A stretch of 64,000 bases of DNA from an uncultured Chloroflexia bacterium (GCA_963704935.1 CAVPIF010000003.1:1279652-1343651), one strand, 5' to 3'. Numbered from the stretch's first letter, positions 9,732 through 22,101 are shown. Made by a program: numbers and translations. The notes: generated by a model from the sequence alone, not told the origin.

Positions 9732-10991
9732 TCAGCCGTTGAAGACCCGCTGGACCTCGCGGAGGCCGGCGGCGAGGGCATCGATGTCGTCCGTCGTCGT
9801 GAAGACGCTGAACGAGGCGCGGGCGGTGGCCGGGAGGTCCAGGCGCTCGTGCAGCGGCATCGTGCAGTGGTGACCGGCGCGAACGGCGATGCCGGACCGA
9901 TCCAGGACCTGGGCGACATCGTGCGGATGGATGCCCGGCAGATTGAACGGCACGACGCCACCCCGCAGGTCCGGGTCCACCGGTCCGTACAGCTCGATCC
10001 CCGGGACCTCGCGCGGGAGGACCTCCAGCGCGTAGGCGACGAGGTCGCGCTCGTGGACTCGGACCGCGTCCATCCCGATCCCGCGGAGGTAGTCGGCCGC
10101 GACGCCGAGCCCGATCGCGTCGCCGACGGCCGGCGTCCCCGCCTCGAACTTCCAGGGGATCTCGTTGAACTCGCTCCGCCGCAGGTGGACCTCGCGGATC
10201 ATCTCGCCGCCGGTCAGGAACGGCGGCATCGCCTCCAGCAGCTCGCGCCGCGCCCACAGCGCGCCGGAGCCCATCGGGGCCAGCATCTTGTGGCCGCTGA
10301 ACGCGTAGAAGTCGGCGCCGAGCGCCTGGACGTCGACCGGCAGGTGCGGCACGCGCCTGCGCGCCGTCGACGAGCACGAGCGCGCCGGCGGCGTGCGCCA
10401 TCTCGACCATCTCGCGGACCGGGTTGATCGTGCCGAGCGTGTTCGAGACGTGGGTGAACGCGACGAGCTTCGGCTTGAGCCGGAGCAGCACCTCGAACAC
10501 GTCCAGGCGCAGGATGCCGTCGTCCGTGATCGGGATGAACTCCAGGTCGCCATCCACCTCCTGGACCAGGATCTGCCACGGGACGAGGTTGGCGTGATGC
10601 TCCATCTCGGTCAGGACGATCTGGTCGCCGCGGCCGATGTTGCGGCGCCCCCAGGAGTAGGCGACCAGGTTGATCGCCTCCGTCGCGTTGCGCGTGAACA
10701 CGACCTCGCGGCTGTGCGGGGCGTTGATGAACCGCGCGACCTGGGCCCGGGCCGCCTCGTACGCCGCGGTCGCCTGCTCGCCGATCTCGTAGATGCCGCG
10801 GTGGACGTTGGCGTTGTAGCGGCGGTAGTAGTCGTCGACGGCATCGATCACGACGCGCGGCTTCTGGCTGGTCGACGCCGAGTCGAGGTAGGTCAGCCGA
10901 TGCCCATGGATCTGCCGGTCGAGGATCGGGAAGTCGGCGCGCAGCGCGACCGGGATCCAGGGCCCGGGCGACCGGTCGTCTCGATGGCCAT
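9732..10991 (-). CDS. sufS: Cysteine desulfurase SufS; frameshifts near 10358 and 10955
   Basis: LRADFPIL, YLDSASTSQKP, NVHRG, EHHAN, DGAQ, FSGHKM, KFEAGTP, RAGHHC. Confidence 0.93.
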
Positions 10992-11018
10992 CGCGCTGAT
11001 CGACTCCTGCGCCCGGGC

Positions 11019-11924
11019 TCAGCGGGCGGCTTCGACGGGCTCGAGCTCCAGCTCGGGGCCCTTGGGCACCAGCAGCGCCTCGTCGGAGACGTTGGTCTCC
11101 AGGCCGGCCTCGCGGAGGATCGGGCCGTAGCCCTCGTCCTCGAGGCGGAGGGCCAGGTCCTTGCCGCCGCTCTTGACGATGCGACCCTGGGCCAGGACGT
11201 GGACGACGTCCGGCTTGATGTAGTTGAGCAGCCGCTGGTAGTGGGTGATCAGCAGGACGCCGAGGTTCGGGTTGAGCATCGCGTTGACGCCCTCGGCGAC
11301 GATCCGCAGGGCGTCGATGTCGAGCCCCGAATCGGTCTCGTCGAGGATCGCCATCTCCGGCTCCAGGACGGCCATCTGGAGCATCTCGAGGCGCTTCTTC
11401 TCGCCGCCGGAGAAGCCCTCGTTGACGTAGCGCGACGCGAAGCCCTCGTCCATCCGGAGGAGCGACATCTTCTCGCGCATCTTGTTGCGGAAGTCGCGCA
11501 TGGAGACGCCGCCCTTGACCGGGTCGGTCGGGTCGATGTCGGGGTTCTTGTCGATGCCCTGCAGCCGGGCGTTGAGCGCGCTCCGGATGAAGGAGGCGAC
11601 GCTGAGGCCCGGGATGGCGGTGGGGTACTGGAAGGCGAGGAACATGCCCAGGCGCGAGCGCTTGTCCGGCGACAGGGCGAGGATGTCGCGGCCCTTCCAG
11701 AGGACCTCGCCGCCGGTGACGACGTAGGCCGGGTGACCCATCAGGGCGTAGGCGAGCGTCGTCTTGCCCGAGCCGTTGGGGCCCATGATCGCGTGGACCT
11801 CGCCCTGGCCGACGGTCAGGTCGATGCCCTGGAGGATCTCGTGGTCCGGGTTCGCGAGGGGCGCGACGCGAAGGCCGCGGATGACGAGGTGCTGCTCGGT
11901 GGGGGCGCGGTCGTGCTCGCTCAC
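11019..11924 (-). CDS. sufC: Fe-S cluster assembly ATPase SufC
   Basis: GPNGSGKT, FLAFQYP, NEGFSGGEKKR, LDETDSGLDIDAL, ITHYQRLL. Confidence 0.97.
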   Translation of the reverse strand: MSEHDRAPTEQHLVIRGLRVAPLANPDHEILQGIDLTVGQGEVHAIMGPNGSGKTTLAYALMGHPAYVVTGGEVLWKGRDILALSPDKRSRLGMFLAFQYPTAIPGLSVASFIRSALNARLQGIDKNPDIDPTDPVKGGVSMRDFRNKMREKMSLLRMDEGFASRYVNEGFSGGEKKRLEMLQMAVLEPEMAILDETDSGLDIDALRIVAEGVNAMLNPNLGVLLITHYQRLLNYIKPDVVHVLAQGRIVKSGGKDLALRLEDEGYGPILREAGLETNVSDEALLVPKGPELELEPVEAAR

Positions 11925-12441
11925 GGGTGGGTCAGGGCTCCTTGGCGGTCATCGAGGCCGACGAGGCGCTGCGGCACGAGGTCGGCGAGGGTCATGGAAT
12001 CGAGGGCGGACGTGATCGCGTCACGGACGCGCACCCACAGCACGTTGACCGTGCAGCGGGCGGATCGGTCGCAGGTGGTGGCGTGCTCGGGATCATCGCT
12101 GGCGCAGATCATCGGAGCGATGGGACCTTCCAGGGCCCGAAGGACTTCGCTCATCGGGATCTCCTCCGGCGGCCGTGCCAGCTCGTAGCCGCCATGAGCG
12201 CCGCGCGTGCTGACGACGAGGCCCGACGTCGCGCAGGCTGACGACGAGCTGCTCGAGATAGGCTCGCGGGAGGTCTTCCTCGGCGGCGATCCCGGCGAGG
12301 CTGGCCGGCCCGGTCCCGATAGTGGCGGGCGAGCTGGACCATGAGCCGCACGCCGTACTCGCCCTTCGTGGAGAAGGCCAGGGCGCCCGTGCCGTGGTAG
12401 GCGGGTCGCGGGAGGGTCGGCGGCGGCGTCAGGGTCGTCAG
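11921..12441 (-). CDS. Rrf2-family transcriptional regulator (IscR/CymR-like, 3 Cys); two frameshifts, probable CTG start
   Basis: FSTKGEYGVRLM, YLEQL, STRGAHGGYELA, VLRALEGPIAPMIC...C...C; no ATG/GTG/TTG in frame between the promoter and the conserved core; GAGG lies 8 nt before CTG at 12441. Confidence 0.85.
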
Positions 12442-12454
12442 GGTCGTGGCCTCG

Positions 12455-12479
12455 ATATCCGAGTGATTTCGTCGGATAT
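12455..12479. promoter_or_regulatory. Rrf2 autoregulatory operator (IscR type-1-like 25-mer)
   Basis: ATATCCGA-GTGATTTCG-TCGGATAT, a perfect 8-bp inverted repeat directly downstream of the -10 box. Confidence 0.8.
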
Positions 12480-12481
12480 GG

Positions 12482-12510
12482 AGTCTATGGCCGACCCGGC
12501 CGGCCGTCAA
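12482..12510 (-). promoter_or_regulatory. Sigma70-type promoter of rrf2-sufC-sufS
   Basis: TTGACG-N17-TAGACT on the minus strand. Confidence 0.8.
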
Positions 12511-12938
12511 CGCGCCCTCGGGCGCGCATGAAGAGACCGGGGCACCCACCGTTGCCGGCGAGCACCCCGGTCCACCGGCGCCGCTCGGGGAAACGGCGCC
12601 GAACGGTGGAGGCGAAGGAACGGGGTGGACCGGCCGCCGACCTGACCCGGTCGCACGGCCGGCCTGGGTCCCGGCGAACCTGGCGCCGGGACGATCTCGA
12701 CACGAGCGTTCGATCCCCGCTGGATCCCCGATCCCGGGCGACCTCCGCCCGCTGCGACCAGCATGCGAGCAGGTCCTCCCGCGGTCCAGTACGAATGGGG
12801 GGTGCCGGACCGTACCGGACCGCACCGTACCGCACTGGACCACACCTTCGACCTGCCGAAACCGGTGCGGAAGGGCACCGACGCGCCGGGGATGGCCCGG
12901 ATCCTTCGTGTCCGCCTCGAACGCGGTACATTCTGCGG

Positions 12939-13409
12939 ATGAGCCTGATCGATCGCGCCGCCCAGCTGGACCGTTACGCGACCGGCGCCGCGGACGTCGT
13001 CGACGCCCTGTCGGCGATCACCCCGGGCGAGCTCGACCGCCGGCCGCCGTCGGGCGCGTGGACGGCCCGCGAGATCGTCCACCACCTGGCCGACAGCGAG
13101 TCGATGGCCTACATCCGTCTCCGTCGCCTCGTTGCGGAGGATGCCCCGGTCATCGACGGCTACGACGAGCCCGAGTGGGCACGCCGGCTTCACTACGACC
13201 GGCCGACCGAGCCCTCGCTTGCGGTGTTGACTGCGGTCCGGGCCGCCAGCCACGAGCTGCTCACGGCCATGACGCCGGCGGAATGGGCGCGGGCGGGAAC
13301 GCACAGCGAGTCGGGTGCCTACTCCGTGGATCGCTGGCTGGCGATCTACGCCGAGCACAGCCACGAGCACGCCGACCAGATCCGGCGCGCCCGCCGCGGC
13401 GAGGACTGA
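12939..13409 (+). CDS. DinB/YfiT-family protein
   Basis: WTAREIVHHLADSE, YDEPEWA, HSHEHADQI; TACATT -10 lies 6 nt before the ATG. Confidence 0.88.
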   Translation: MSLIDRAAQLDRYATGAADVVDALSAITPGELDRRPPSGAWTAREIVHHLADSESMAYIRLRRLVAEDAPVIDGYDEPEWARRLHYDRPTEPSLAVLTAVRAASHELLTAMTPAEWARAGTHSESGAYSVDRWLAIYAEHSHEHADQIRRARRGED

Positions 13410-13427
13410 GCCAGGCTCCCGTCCGGG

Positions 13428-14783
13428 TCAGGCGACGATGAGGCGGTCCCGACCGGCGGCCTTGGATTCGTAGAGGGCCAGATCGGCCTGCGCGACGAGC
13501 GCATCCGGCGATTCGGTGGAGGCGTCGCGATAGACAGTGCCGCCAAGGCTGACGGTGACGCCGATCTGCTGGTCGCCCTCGACAACGCTCGTCTCGGCGA
13601 CGGCGCGACGGATCCGCTCGCCGACTTCGCGCACGTCCGCGAGCCCGGCACCCGGCAGCAGGACGAGGAACTCCTCGCCTCCGAACCGGATCAGCACGTC
13701 GCCCTCGCGGACGACCCGACGGCAGGCGCCCGCGACGGCACGCAGGACGCGGTCGCCGACGAGGTGGCCGTAGGTGTCGTTGATCACCTTGAAATGATCG
13801 AGGTCCAGCATCAGGACCCCGAGCGGGCTTTCGGCCCGGACCGCCCGCGAGTATTCCTCGCGGAGCCTCGCCAGCCCGAAGCGACGGTTGTAGGCGTCGG
13901 TCAGCGGATCCAGCGCCGCGAGACGTTCCAGGCGATCGTGCGCGAGGGCGTTGTTGACGGCCAGGGCGAGATCCGTGCGGAACCCGTCGAGCAGGTGCTC
14001 GGCGTCCGGGTGGAGCTGGTCCGCGGTGGCCAGCACCACGACCCCGAGCGGGACGCCCTTGAACGAGATCGGCGCGACGAGCACTTCGTGGGCCGGCCGC
14101 CCCAGCAGGAGCGAGTCCACGATGAACGCCGAATCGGCGATGGTCAGTCGCTCGGAAACATCCGTCCGCAGGACCCGTCGGACGTGGTCACTCGTGGCGA
14201 GACCCTCGCTGCCGCGGAGGCCGTGAGAGGCCAGGGGTTCCAGCTGGGTGTCGCGGATGATCAGCAGGGCTCCGGCCTGGGTGCCCGTGCCGGCCAGCAA
14301 CTCCTGGAGCGCCGCCTCCGCCAGTTCGTCGAGGTCGTAGCGGCTCGACAGCACCCGGCTGAACGAGCGCATCGCGGTCTCCACCTCGTGACCACGAGCC
14401 AGCGTCGTGATCAGGTTGTTGAACGACGCGGCGGCGGCCCCGACCTCATCCGAGGAGTCGACCGGCAGCGCGCAGGTCGCTGGATCGCAGCCGGACCAGT
14501 CGTGGGTGAAGACCGCGTGCGCCAGGCGGCCGTCGACGGTATCCATCCGGTCGGCGAGCAGACGCAGGCGCCGACCGACGACGAGCCGGGCGAGCCCGAA
14601 GTTCACCCCGCCGACGATGACGCCGGCGGTCAGGGTCGCGCCGAAGAACAACGGCGAGATCACCCGCTCTGCCGGCAGCCCGAGGACGAGGCAGAACGGC
14701 GGGAAGATGAGGCCGATGGCGATGCCGAACCCGGTCATCCAGATGGCGAGGTCGGTGAAGACGCGAGAAGTCAGGCGCGGCAC
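13428..14783 (-). CDS. Membrane sensor diguanylate cyclase (2 TM, HAMP-like, GAF-like, GGDEF)
   Basis: DPLTDAYNRR, DLDHFKVINDTYGHLVGD, RFGGEEF; GGAG RBS before the GTG at 14783. Confidence 0.9.
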   Translation of the reverse strand: MPRLTSRVFTDLAIWMTGFGIAIGLIFPPFCLVLGLPAERVISPLFFGATLTAGVIVGGVNFGLARLVVGRRLRLLADRMDTVDGRLAHAVFTHDWSGCDPATCALPVDSSDEVGAAAASFNNLITTLARGHEVETAMRSFSRVLSSRYDLDELAEAALQELLAGTGTQAGALLIIRDTQLEPLASHGLRGSEGLATSDHVRRVLRTDVSERLTIADSAFIVDSLLLGRPAHEVLVAPISFKGVPLGVVVLATADQLHPDAEHLLDGFRTDLALAVNNALAHDRLERLAALDPLTDAYNRRFGLARLREEYSRAVRAESPLGVLMLDLDHFKVINDTYGHLVGDRVLRAVAGACRRVVREGDVLIRFGGEEFLVLLPGAGLADVREVGERIRRAVAETSVVEGDQQIGVTVSLGGTVYRDASTESPDALVAQADLALYESKAAGRDRLIVA

Positions 14784-14911
14784 GGCGAGGCTCCATGGTG
14801 GATTGGTCGTCGGTCCAGTCGAGCACCAGCATCGACCGGATGCATCGCGCTTCCCATCGGTCGATGGTCGCGAATGGCCGGTACTATCGATCCTCCGCCT
14901 GGCAGTCGCGG

Positions 14912-15790
14912 TCAGGCTCGATCGGTCAGTCGATCCAGCGTTTCGGAACGCCACGCCTCCGTGGCCTCGACCGCGTTGAACGTGTACAGGTGGAAACCGG
15001 AAACCTTCGCGGCCGGGTCGGCCAGCAGCGGAGCGATCGCTTCGACGAATGCCGTCGGCTTGTAGAAGCCGCCGGATCGAGCGAGCCCGGTCACGAAGCG
15101 CAGGTTCTTGACGAGGAACCGCTTGGCGTCCTTGACGCCGATCCGGGCGGCGATGCTGAGCAGCTTCTGCGGGTCGGCGACGCCCGGGACGCCGACCACG
15201 ACCGGCGTCGCGAAACCTTCCGCCCGGCGAGCGCGGACCCAGCGATCGATGGCCTTCGTATCGAAATCCATCTGGGTGACGACATGGGCGACGTACGGGG
15301 CCTTGTCGAGAAGCGCGGCGGCCAGCGCCTCGTCCGGGATGTCCGGGTGGCCCTGCGGGTACGCCGGGCTGCCGATCTCGGTGAACGGGTGCCCAAGCTC
15401 CGCCATCGCCCGAAGGAGTGCCAGGCCGTCCAGGAATTCGCCCGGTTCGTCGGCGTCGCCACCCACGACGAAGGCCCGCGTCAGGCCGGCCTCGCGAGCC
15501 CGTGCCAGCACCTCGGCGAGCTTCCCGCGATCGGGGATCATCCGGGCGGAGAGGTGCGGGATGACCCGGTATCCATCCGCCTGCAGGCGGGTCGCCCAGT
15601 CGAGTGTCGCGTCGGTCCCCTTGGACGGTGAGGCCGTCACCGACACGCGCGCGCCCGCTGGCAGATGGGGCACCTGGTCGGGCAGGTTCTTGAGTGGCAG
15701 AAGCTCGAAGATCGGGTCGGCGAGGGCGGCCGCAAGGGCGGCTCGCGCGGAAGGGTCGAGCCCGCGGCGGCGGGTCAGCAGGCTCGTCAA
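14912..15790 (-). CDS. metF: Methylenetetrahydrofolate reductase family protein
   Basis: IPHLSAR, FVVGGD, YPQGHP, VTQMDFD, FHLYTFN. Confidence 0.85.
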   Translation of the reverse strand: MTSLLTRRRGLDPSARAALAAALADPIFELLPLKNLPDQVPHLPAGARVSVTASPSKGTDATLDWATRLQADGYRVIPHLSARMIPDRGKLAEVLARAREAGLTRAFVVGGDADEPGEFLDGLALLRAMAELGHPFTEIGSPAYPQGHPDIPDEALAAALLDKAPYVAHVVTQMDFDTKAIDRWVRARRAEGFATPVVVGVPGVADPQKLLSIAARIGVKDAKRFLVKNLRFVTGLARSGGFYKPTAFVEAIAPLLADPAAKVSGFHLYTFNAVEATEAWRSETLDRLTDRA

Positions 15791-17328
15791 TCAGACCTCC
15801 GAATCGGGCATGGACGCCTTGCGCCGGATGATGAACTCCATGAGCGCCTCGTCGACACCCTGGTCGAGCGGCGGCGCCTCGTACGTGGCCAGCATGCGCT
15901 TCCAGACGGAGTTGGCGCGCTGGGCCGCATCCAGCGACCCGTCCTCCTGCCACTGCTCGAAGCTGTTGTTGTCGGCGATCTCGCTGCGGTAGAACGCCGT
16001 CTCGAAGTTGGCCAGTGTGTGGGCCGTGCCCAGGAAGTGCTGGCCCGGCCCGTTCTCGCGGATCGCATCGAGCGCCTGGCCGTTTTCGCTCATGTCGACG
16101 CCGCGGACGAAGACGGCCATCATCCCGCACTGATCCGCGTCGAGGATGAACTTCTCGTATCCGACGGTCAGGCCACCCTCCAGCCAGCCGGCGGCGTGGA
16201 GGACGAAGTTCACCCCGGCGAGGACGGTCGGCTGGAGCGTCGCGGCGCTCTCATAGGCGGCCTGGGCGTCCGCGACCTTGGACGCGCACAGCGAACCGCC
16301 GGAGCGGAACGGCACGCCGAGCCGTCGGGCCAGCGCCGCCATGACGTACAGGACCAGCGCCGGCTCCGGCGTGCCGAACGTCGGCGCGCCTGACTGCATG
16401 GACATCGAACTCGCGAAGCTGCCCAGGACGACCGGTGCGCCCGGCCGGACCAGCTGCACGAAGGTCATGCCGGCGAGCGCCTCCGCCAGGGTCTGGGCGG
16501 CCACCCCGGCCGCGGTGACCGGGGCCATCGCGCCGGCCAGGATGAACGGGGTCAGGAGGGTGGCCTGGTTGGCCTCGGCGTAGGCGCGCGCCGCCCCGAG
16601 CATCACCGAGTCCCAGACCAGCGGGGAGTTGGCATTGATGAGGCTGAGGGTGACCGGGTGGGTCTCGAGGTACTCGCTGCCGAACAGGATCCGGGTCATC
16701 TCCACCGTGTCGCGCGCCCGTTCCGGCGCGGTCACGGAACCCATGAACGGCTTGTCGCTGTAGCGGATGTGGCTGTAGACCATGTCCAGGTGCCGCTTGT
16801 TGACCGGCACGTCGACGGGCTCGCAGACCGTCCCGCCGCTGTGGTGGAGGTGTGGCGAGAGGTAGGTCAGCTTCACGAAGTTGCGGAAGTCCTCGATCGT
16901 GCCGTAGCGTCGGCCGCCGTCCAGGTCGCGCACGAAGGGCGATCCGTAGTTCGGCGCGAAGACCGTGTGCATCCCGCCGATCTCGACGTTGTTGGCCGGG
17001 TTCCGCGCGTACTGGGTGAACTGACGCGGCGCCGTCGCCTGCACGATCTGGCGGCACATCCCGCGCGGGAAGCGGACCCGCTCGCCCTGGACGTCGGCGC
17101 CGGCGCCGGCCAGCAGGCGCAGGGCATCGGCATCGCCGCGGAACTCGACCCCGACTTCCTGGAGGATCGTGTCGGCGTTGTCCTCGATGGTGGCGAGACC
17201 CTCCTCGCCCAGGACCTCGAACGGCGCGAGGGTCCGGGTCAGGAACGGCAGCCGCTCCACCTGGGCACCCAGGCGGGCGGCGCGCCGGCCGTCGCGCCCA
17301 CCGGTCCGGCGCTGGCCCTGGATGTCGG

Positions 17329-17332
<4 letters not shown>
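15791..17332 (-). CDS. Trimethylamine methyltransferase (MttB) family, non-pyrrolysine; probable glycine-betaine:corrinoid methyltransferase
   Basis: ILQEVGVEF, TPFILAGAMAPVT, SMQSGAPTFGTPE, HAAGWLEGGL, GPGQHFLG; no in-frame amber codon. Confidence 0.9.
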
Positions 17333-19441
<2,109 letters not shown>

Positions 19442-19448
19442 CGCACGG

Positions 19449-20375
19449 TCACAGCCCCGTCGCGGTCGCGAGCCCGCCCCTGCGCCGGTTGACCCGGCGG
19501 CCACCGGCCTCGCCGTCCGGCGGCGCGACGCGGAACCCGCGGATCCAGCGGGTCGCATCCTGGTCGTTGCCCATCAGGACGTCGCTCGCCATCACCGCGT
19601 GGCGAACACCCTCGGCGATCGGGTTGGTGATGGCGGAGGTCAGCCCGGAGGCGATCGCCATGTTGAGGAATGCCGCGTTGATCCCCTCACGGTTCGGCAG
19701 CCCGAAGCTCACGTTCGAGGCGCCGCAGGTGGAGTTGACCTGGAGCTCGTCACGCAGCCGACCCAGGATGCGGAAGACCTGACGGCCGGCGCCGCTGAGC
19801 GCCCCGATCGGCATGAGCAGCGGGTCGACGACGATGTCCCCGCGCGGGATCCCGTGGTCGGCGGCGCGCTCCACGATCCGCTTCGCGACGGCGAAGCGGA
19901 CGTCCGGGTCCATGGAGATGCCGGTCTCGTCGTTGCTGATCGCGACGACCGCGCAGCCGTACTTCTTCACGAGCGGCAGGACGCGCTCCAGCCGCTCCTC
20001 CTCGCCGGTGACGCTGTTGAGCAGCGCCTTGCCCTGGTAGACGGCCAGCCCGGCTTCGAGCGCCTCGACGATCGACGAATCGATGGACAACGGCAGGTCG
20101 GTCAGGGACTGCACGAGCTGGATGGTCTTCGCGAGGATCGCGGGCTCGTCGGCCAGCGGGATGCCGGCGTTGACGTCCAGCATGTGGGCGCCGGCCTCCA
20201 CCTGGGCGATGGTGTCGCGCTCGACCCGGGAGAAATCACCGGCCTGCATCTCCGCGGCGAGGAGCTTGCGGCCGGTCGGGTTGATCCGCTCGCCGATGAC
20301 GACGAACGGCCGGTCGTCACCGATGACGACCTCGCGAGTCGCGGAACTGACGACGGTTCGGGTCGCCCGTGTCAT
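19449..20375 (-). CDS. Methyltetrahydrofolate:corrinoid methyltransferase (pterin-binding TIM barrel; AcsE/MetH folate-domain-like)
   Basis: VIGERINPTGRK, LDVNAG, PLSIDSS, LLNSVTGE, CGASNVSFGLP. Confidence 0.9.
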   Translation of the reverse strand: MTRATRTVVSSATREVVIGDDRPFVVIGERINPTGRKLLAAEMQAGDFSRVERDTIAQVEAGAHMLDVNAGIPLADEPAILAKTIQLVQSLTDLPLSIDSSIVEALEAGLAVYQGKALLNSVTGEEERLERVLPLVKKYGCAVVAISNDETGISMDPDVRFAVAKRIVERAADHGIPRGDIVVDPLLMPIGALSGAGRQVFRILGRLRDELQVNSTCGASNVSFGLPNREGINAAFLNMAIASGLTSAITNPIAEGVRHAVMASDVLMGNDQDATRWIRGFRVAPPDGEAGGRRVNRRRGGLATATGL

Positions 20376-20737
20376 GCCGGATCCTTGGCCCTGTCCGCGG
20401 GCCTGCCGGGCGTCTCGTCGTGGGCCGGGGCGAAGGCGGGTCCGCCCTCCACGCCACCGGACGTGATGAGCAGGGCGAGCCGATGCTTGGCGTACTCGGT
20501 CTCCAGGCGCTCGACTTCAGCCGCGACCTCCGCGTCGACGTCCTCACCGCAGTCCCGGGCGACCTTGCGCCATTCCTCGATGTAGTCGTCATAGGAGCGC
20601 TTGCCGGCCCGGCTGGCCGCCTTGTCGATGGCGACCTGGAACCGGGGGTGGAGCACGATCTTGCTGGACCGGCGTCCGTCCCGGGCGGTCACCTGGGCGG
20701 GGATGTCTCGCCACCAGATCGTCGTCAGTGTGGCCAT
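20372..20737 (-). CDS. 'Virulence factor' domain small protein, commonly found in corrinoid methyltransferase clusters
   Basis: WWRDIPAQV, RFQVAIDKAA, DYIEEWR. Confidence 0.8.
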   Translation of the reverse strand: MATLTTIWWRDIPAQVTARDGRRSSKIVLHPRFQVAIDKAASRAGKRSYDDYIEEWRKVARDCGEDVDAEVAAEVERLETEYAKHRLALLITSGGVEGGPAFAPAHDETPGRPADRAKDPA

Positions 20738-20741
20738 GGGC

Positions 20742-21419
20742 TCAGGAACCTCCAGCGATCGCGTGGTGGATGGTCGGGGCCAGCCCGGCGTAGCCGGTCG
20801 GCCTGCGCTCGAACGCGAGGCCCAGCCGATCGGCGGCGGCCTGCGCCCGGGCGGTGAGATCCGGGTCGTCCGTCTGGGCCAGGTAGACGACCCGGCGATA
20901 GCTCCCGAAGTAGTCCGAGATCAGCTCCGGATGGCGATCAAGCCCGAGACCGACAAGAACCAGGCTTTCGAACTGGCGGGCCAGGAAGTCGGTCAGGTAG
21001 AACGTCCCGAGCTCCTCGTCCTGCATCGCGGCATAGGCCGCCGAGCCGGCATAGAACTCGTAGCAGTGGGCGCCCGCGATGCGCGCGACGCCCTCACGCT
21101 CCAGGACGGCGTCCAGGGCGCCGCCCGTGCCGCAGTCGGCATACGCGACGAAGATCCGGACGTCGTCGCCGTAGGCGGCGCGGGTCTTGGCGATCCTGGT
21201 TTCCACCGCGGCCGCGATCTTGCTCGGCCGCATGTGGAGCCGGGCGTCCACGCAATGGACCTTGACACCGGGGATGCCCCTGGTCAGGGCCAGCAGCTCG
21301 CGCGCGAGGGCCCCGCAGCCGATGATGACGAGGCGGGGCGGGGCGGAGCTGTCGGACGGGACGGGGCTGTCGGCCGTGGCGGTCCGCTCGACCATCGCCT
21401 CAGGCGTGGACGCGGGCAC
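20742..21419 (-). CDS. DUF1638 family protein
   Basis: IIGCGALARE, LHMRP, YADCGTGGALD, HCYEFY, GTFYLTDFL. Confidence 0.85.
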   Translation of the reverse strand: MPASTPEAMVERTATADSPVPSDSSAPPRLVIIGCGALARELLALTRGIPGVKVHCVDARLHMRPSKIAAAVETRIAKTRAAYGDDVRIFVAYADCGTGGALDAVLEREGVARIAGAHCYEFYAGSAAYAAMQDEELGTFYLTDFLARQFESLVLVGLGLDRHPELISDYFGSYRRVVYLAQTDDPDLTARAQAAADRLGLAFERRPTGYAGLAPTIHHAIAGGS

Positions 21420-22101
21420 GGCGCTCGTCGATCAGGCGGCGGGCCGTCTCGGCGGCGACGCCCGCGTCGCGACAGTAGGCGTCCGCCCCGACCGCCCTGC
21501 CGAACTCCTCGTTCAGCGGAGCGCCGCCCACCAGGACGATGTAGTCGTCACGGATCCCGCGATCGCGCAGGGTCTGGATCACGACCTTCATGTACGGCAT
21601 CGTCGTGGTCAGCAGGGCGGACATGCCCAGGATGTCCGGCTTGTGCGTATCCAGGGCGTTGATGAACTTGTCGGCGTCGGTGTTGATGCCGAGGTCCACG
21701 ACCTCGAAGCCAGCGCCTTCGAGCATCATCCCGACGAGGTTCTTGCCGATGTCGTGGATATCGCCCTTGACCGTGCCGATGACGACCTTGCCGACGGGCT
21801 CCGCGCCGGTCTCGGCGAGCAGCGGGCGCAGGATCGCCATGCCGGCCTTCATCGCGTTGGCGGCGAGCAGGACCTCCGGCACGAACAGGATGCCGTCGCG
21901 GAAGTCGATCCCGACGATCTTCATCCCGGCCACGAGCGCGTCGTCCAGCACCCTGGTGGCGGTGAAGCCGCGCCCGAGCAGGATGTTGGTCCCCTGTACG
22001 ATCTCGTCGCGCATGCCGTCGTACAGGTCGTTATGCATCTGCTCGACGAGCTCGTCGTCGGAAAGGGCGTCGAGGTCGATGTCCTGGAGGTCGTCGGTCA
22101 T
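21400..22101 (-). CDS. Cobalamin-binding corrinoid protein (cap plus B12-binding domains)
   Basis: GMKIVGIDFRDGILFVPEVL; GTVKGDIHDIGKNLV (DxHxxG); SALLTTTM; GGAP. Confidence 0.95.
   Translation of the reverse strand: MTDDLQDIDLDALSDDELVEQMHNDLYDGMRDEIVQGTNILLGRGFTATRVLDDALVAGMKIVGIDFRDGILFVPEVLLAANAMKAGMAILRPLLAETGAEPVGKVVIGTVKGDIHDIGKNLVGMMLEGAGFEVVDLGINTDADKFINALDTHKPDILGMSALLTTTMPYMKVVIQTLRDRGIRDDYIVLVGGAPLNEEFGRAVGADAYCRDAGVAAETARRLIDERRARVHA

Noticed and set aside
14795-14900. c-di-GMP riboswitch upstream of the diguanylate cyclase
   Set aside because: A hairpin (CATCGACCG...CGGTCGATG) is present, but no class I or class II consensus
13428-16130. 900-aa giant GGDEF protein as listed in the ORF track
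   Set aside because: The upstream ~450 aa are off-frame read-through across metF and mttB; the real start is GTG 14783 with an RBS
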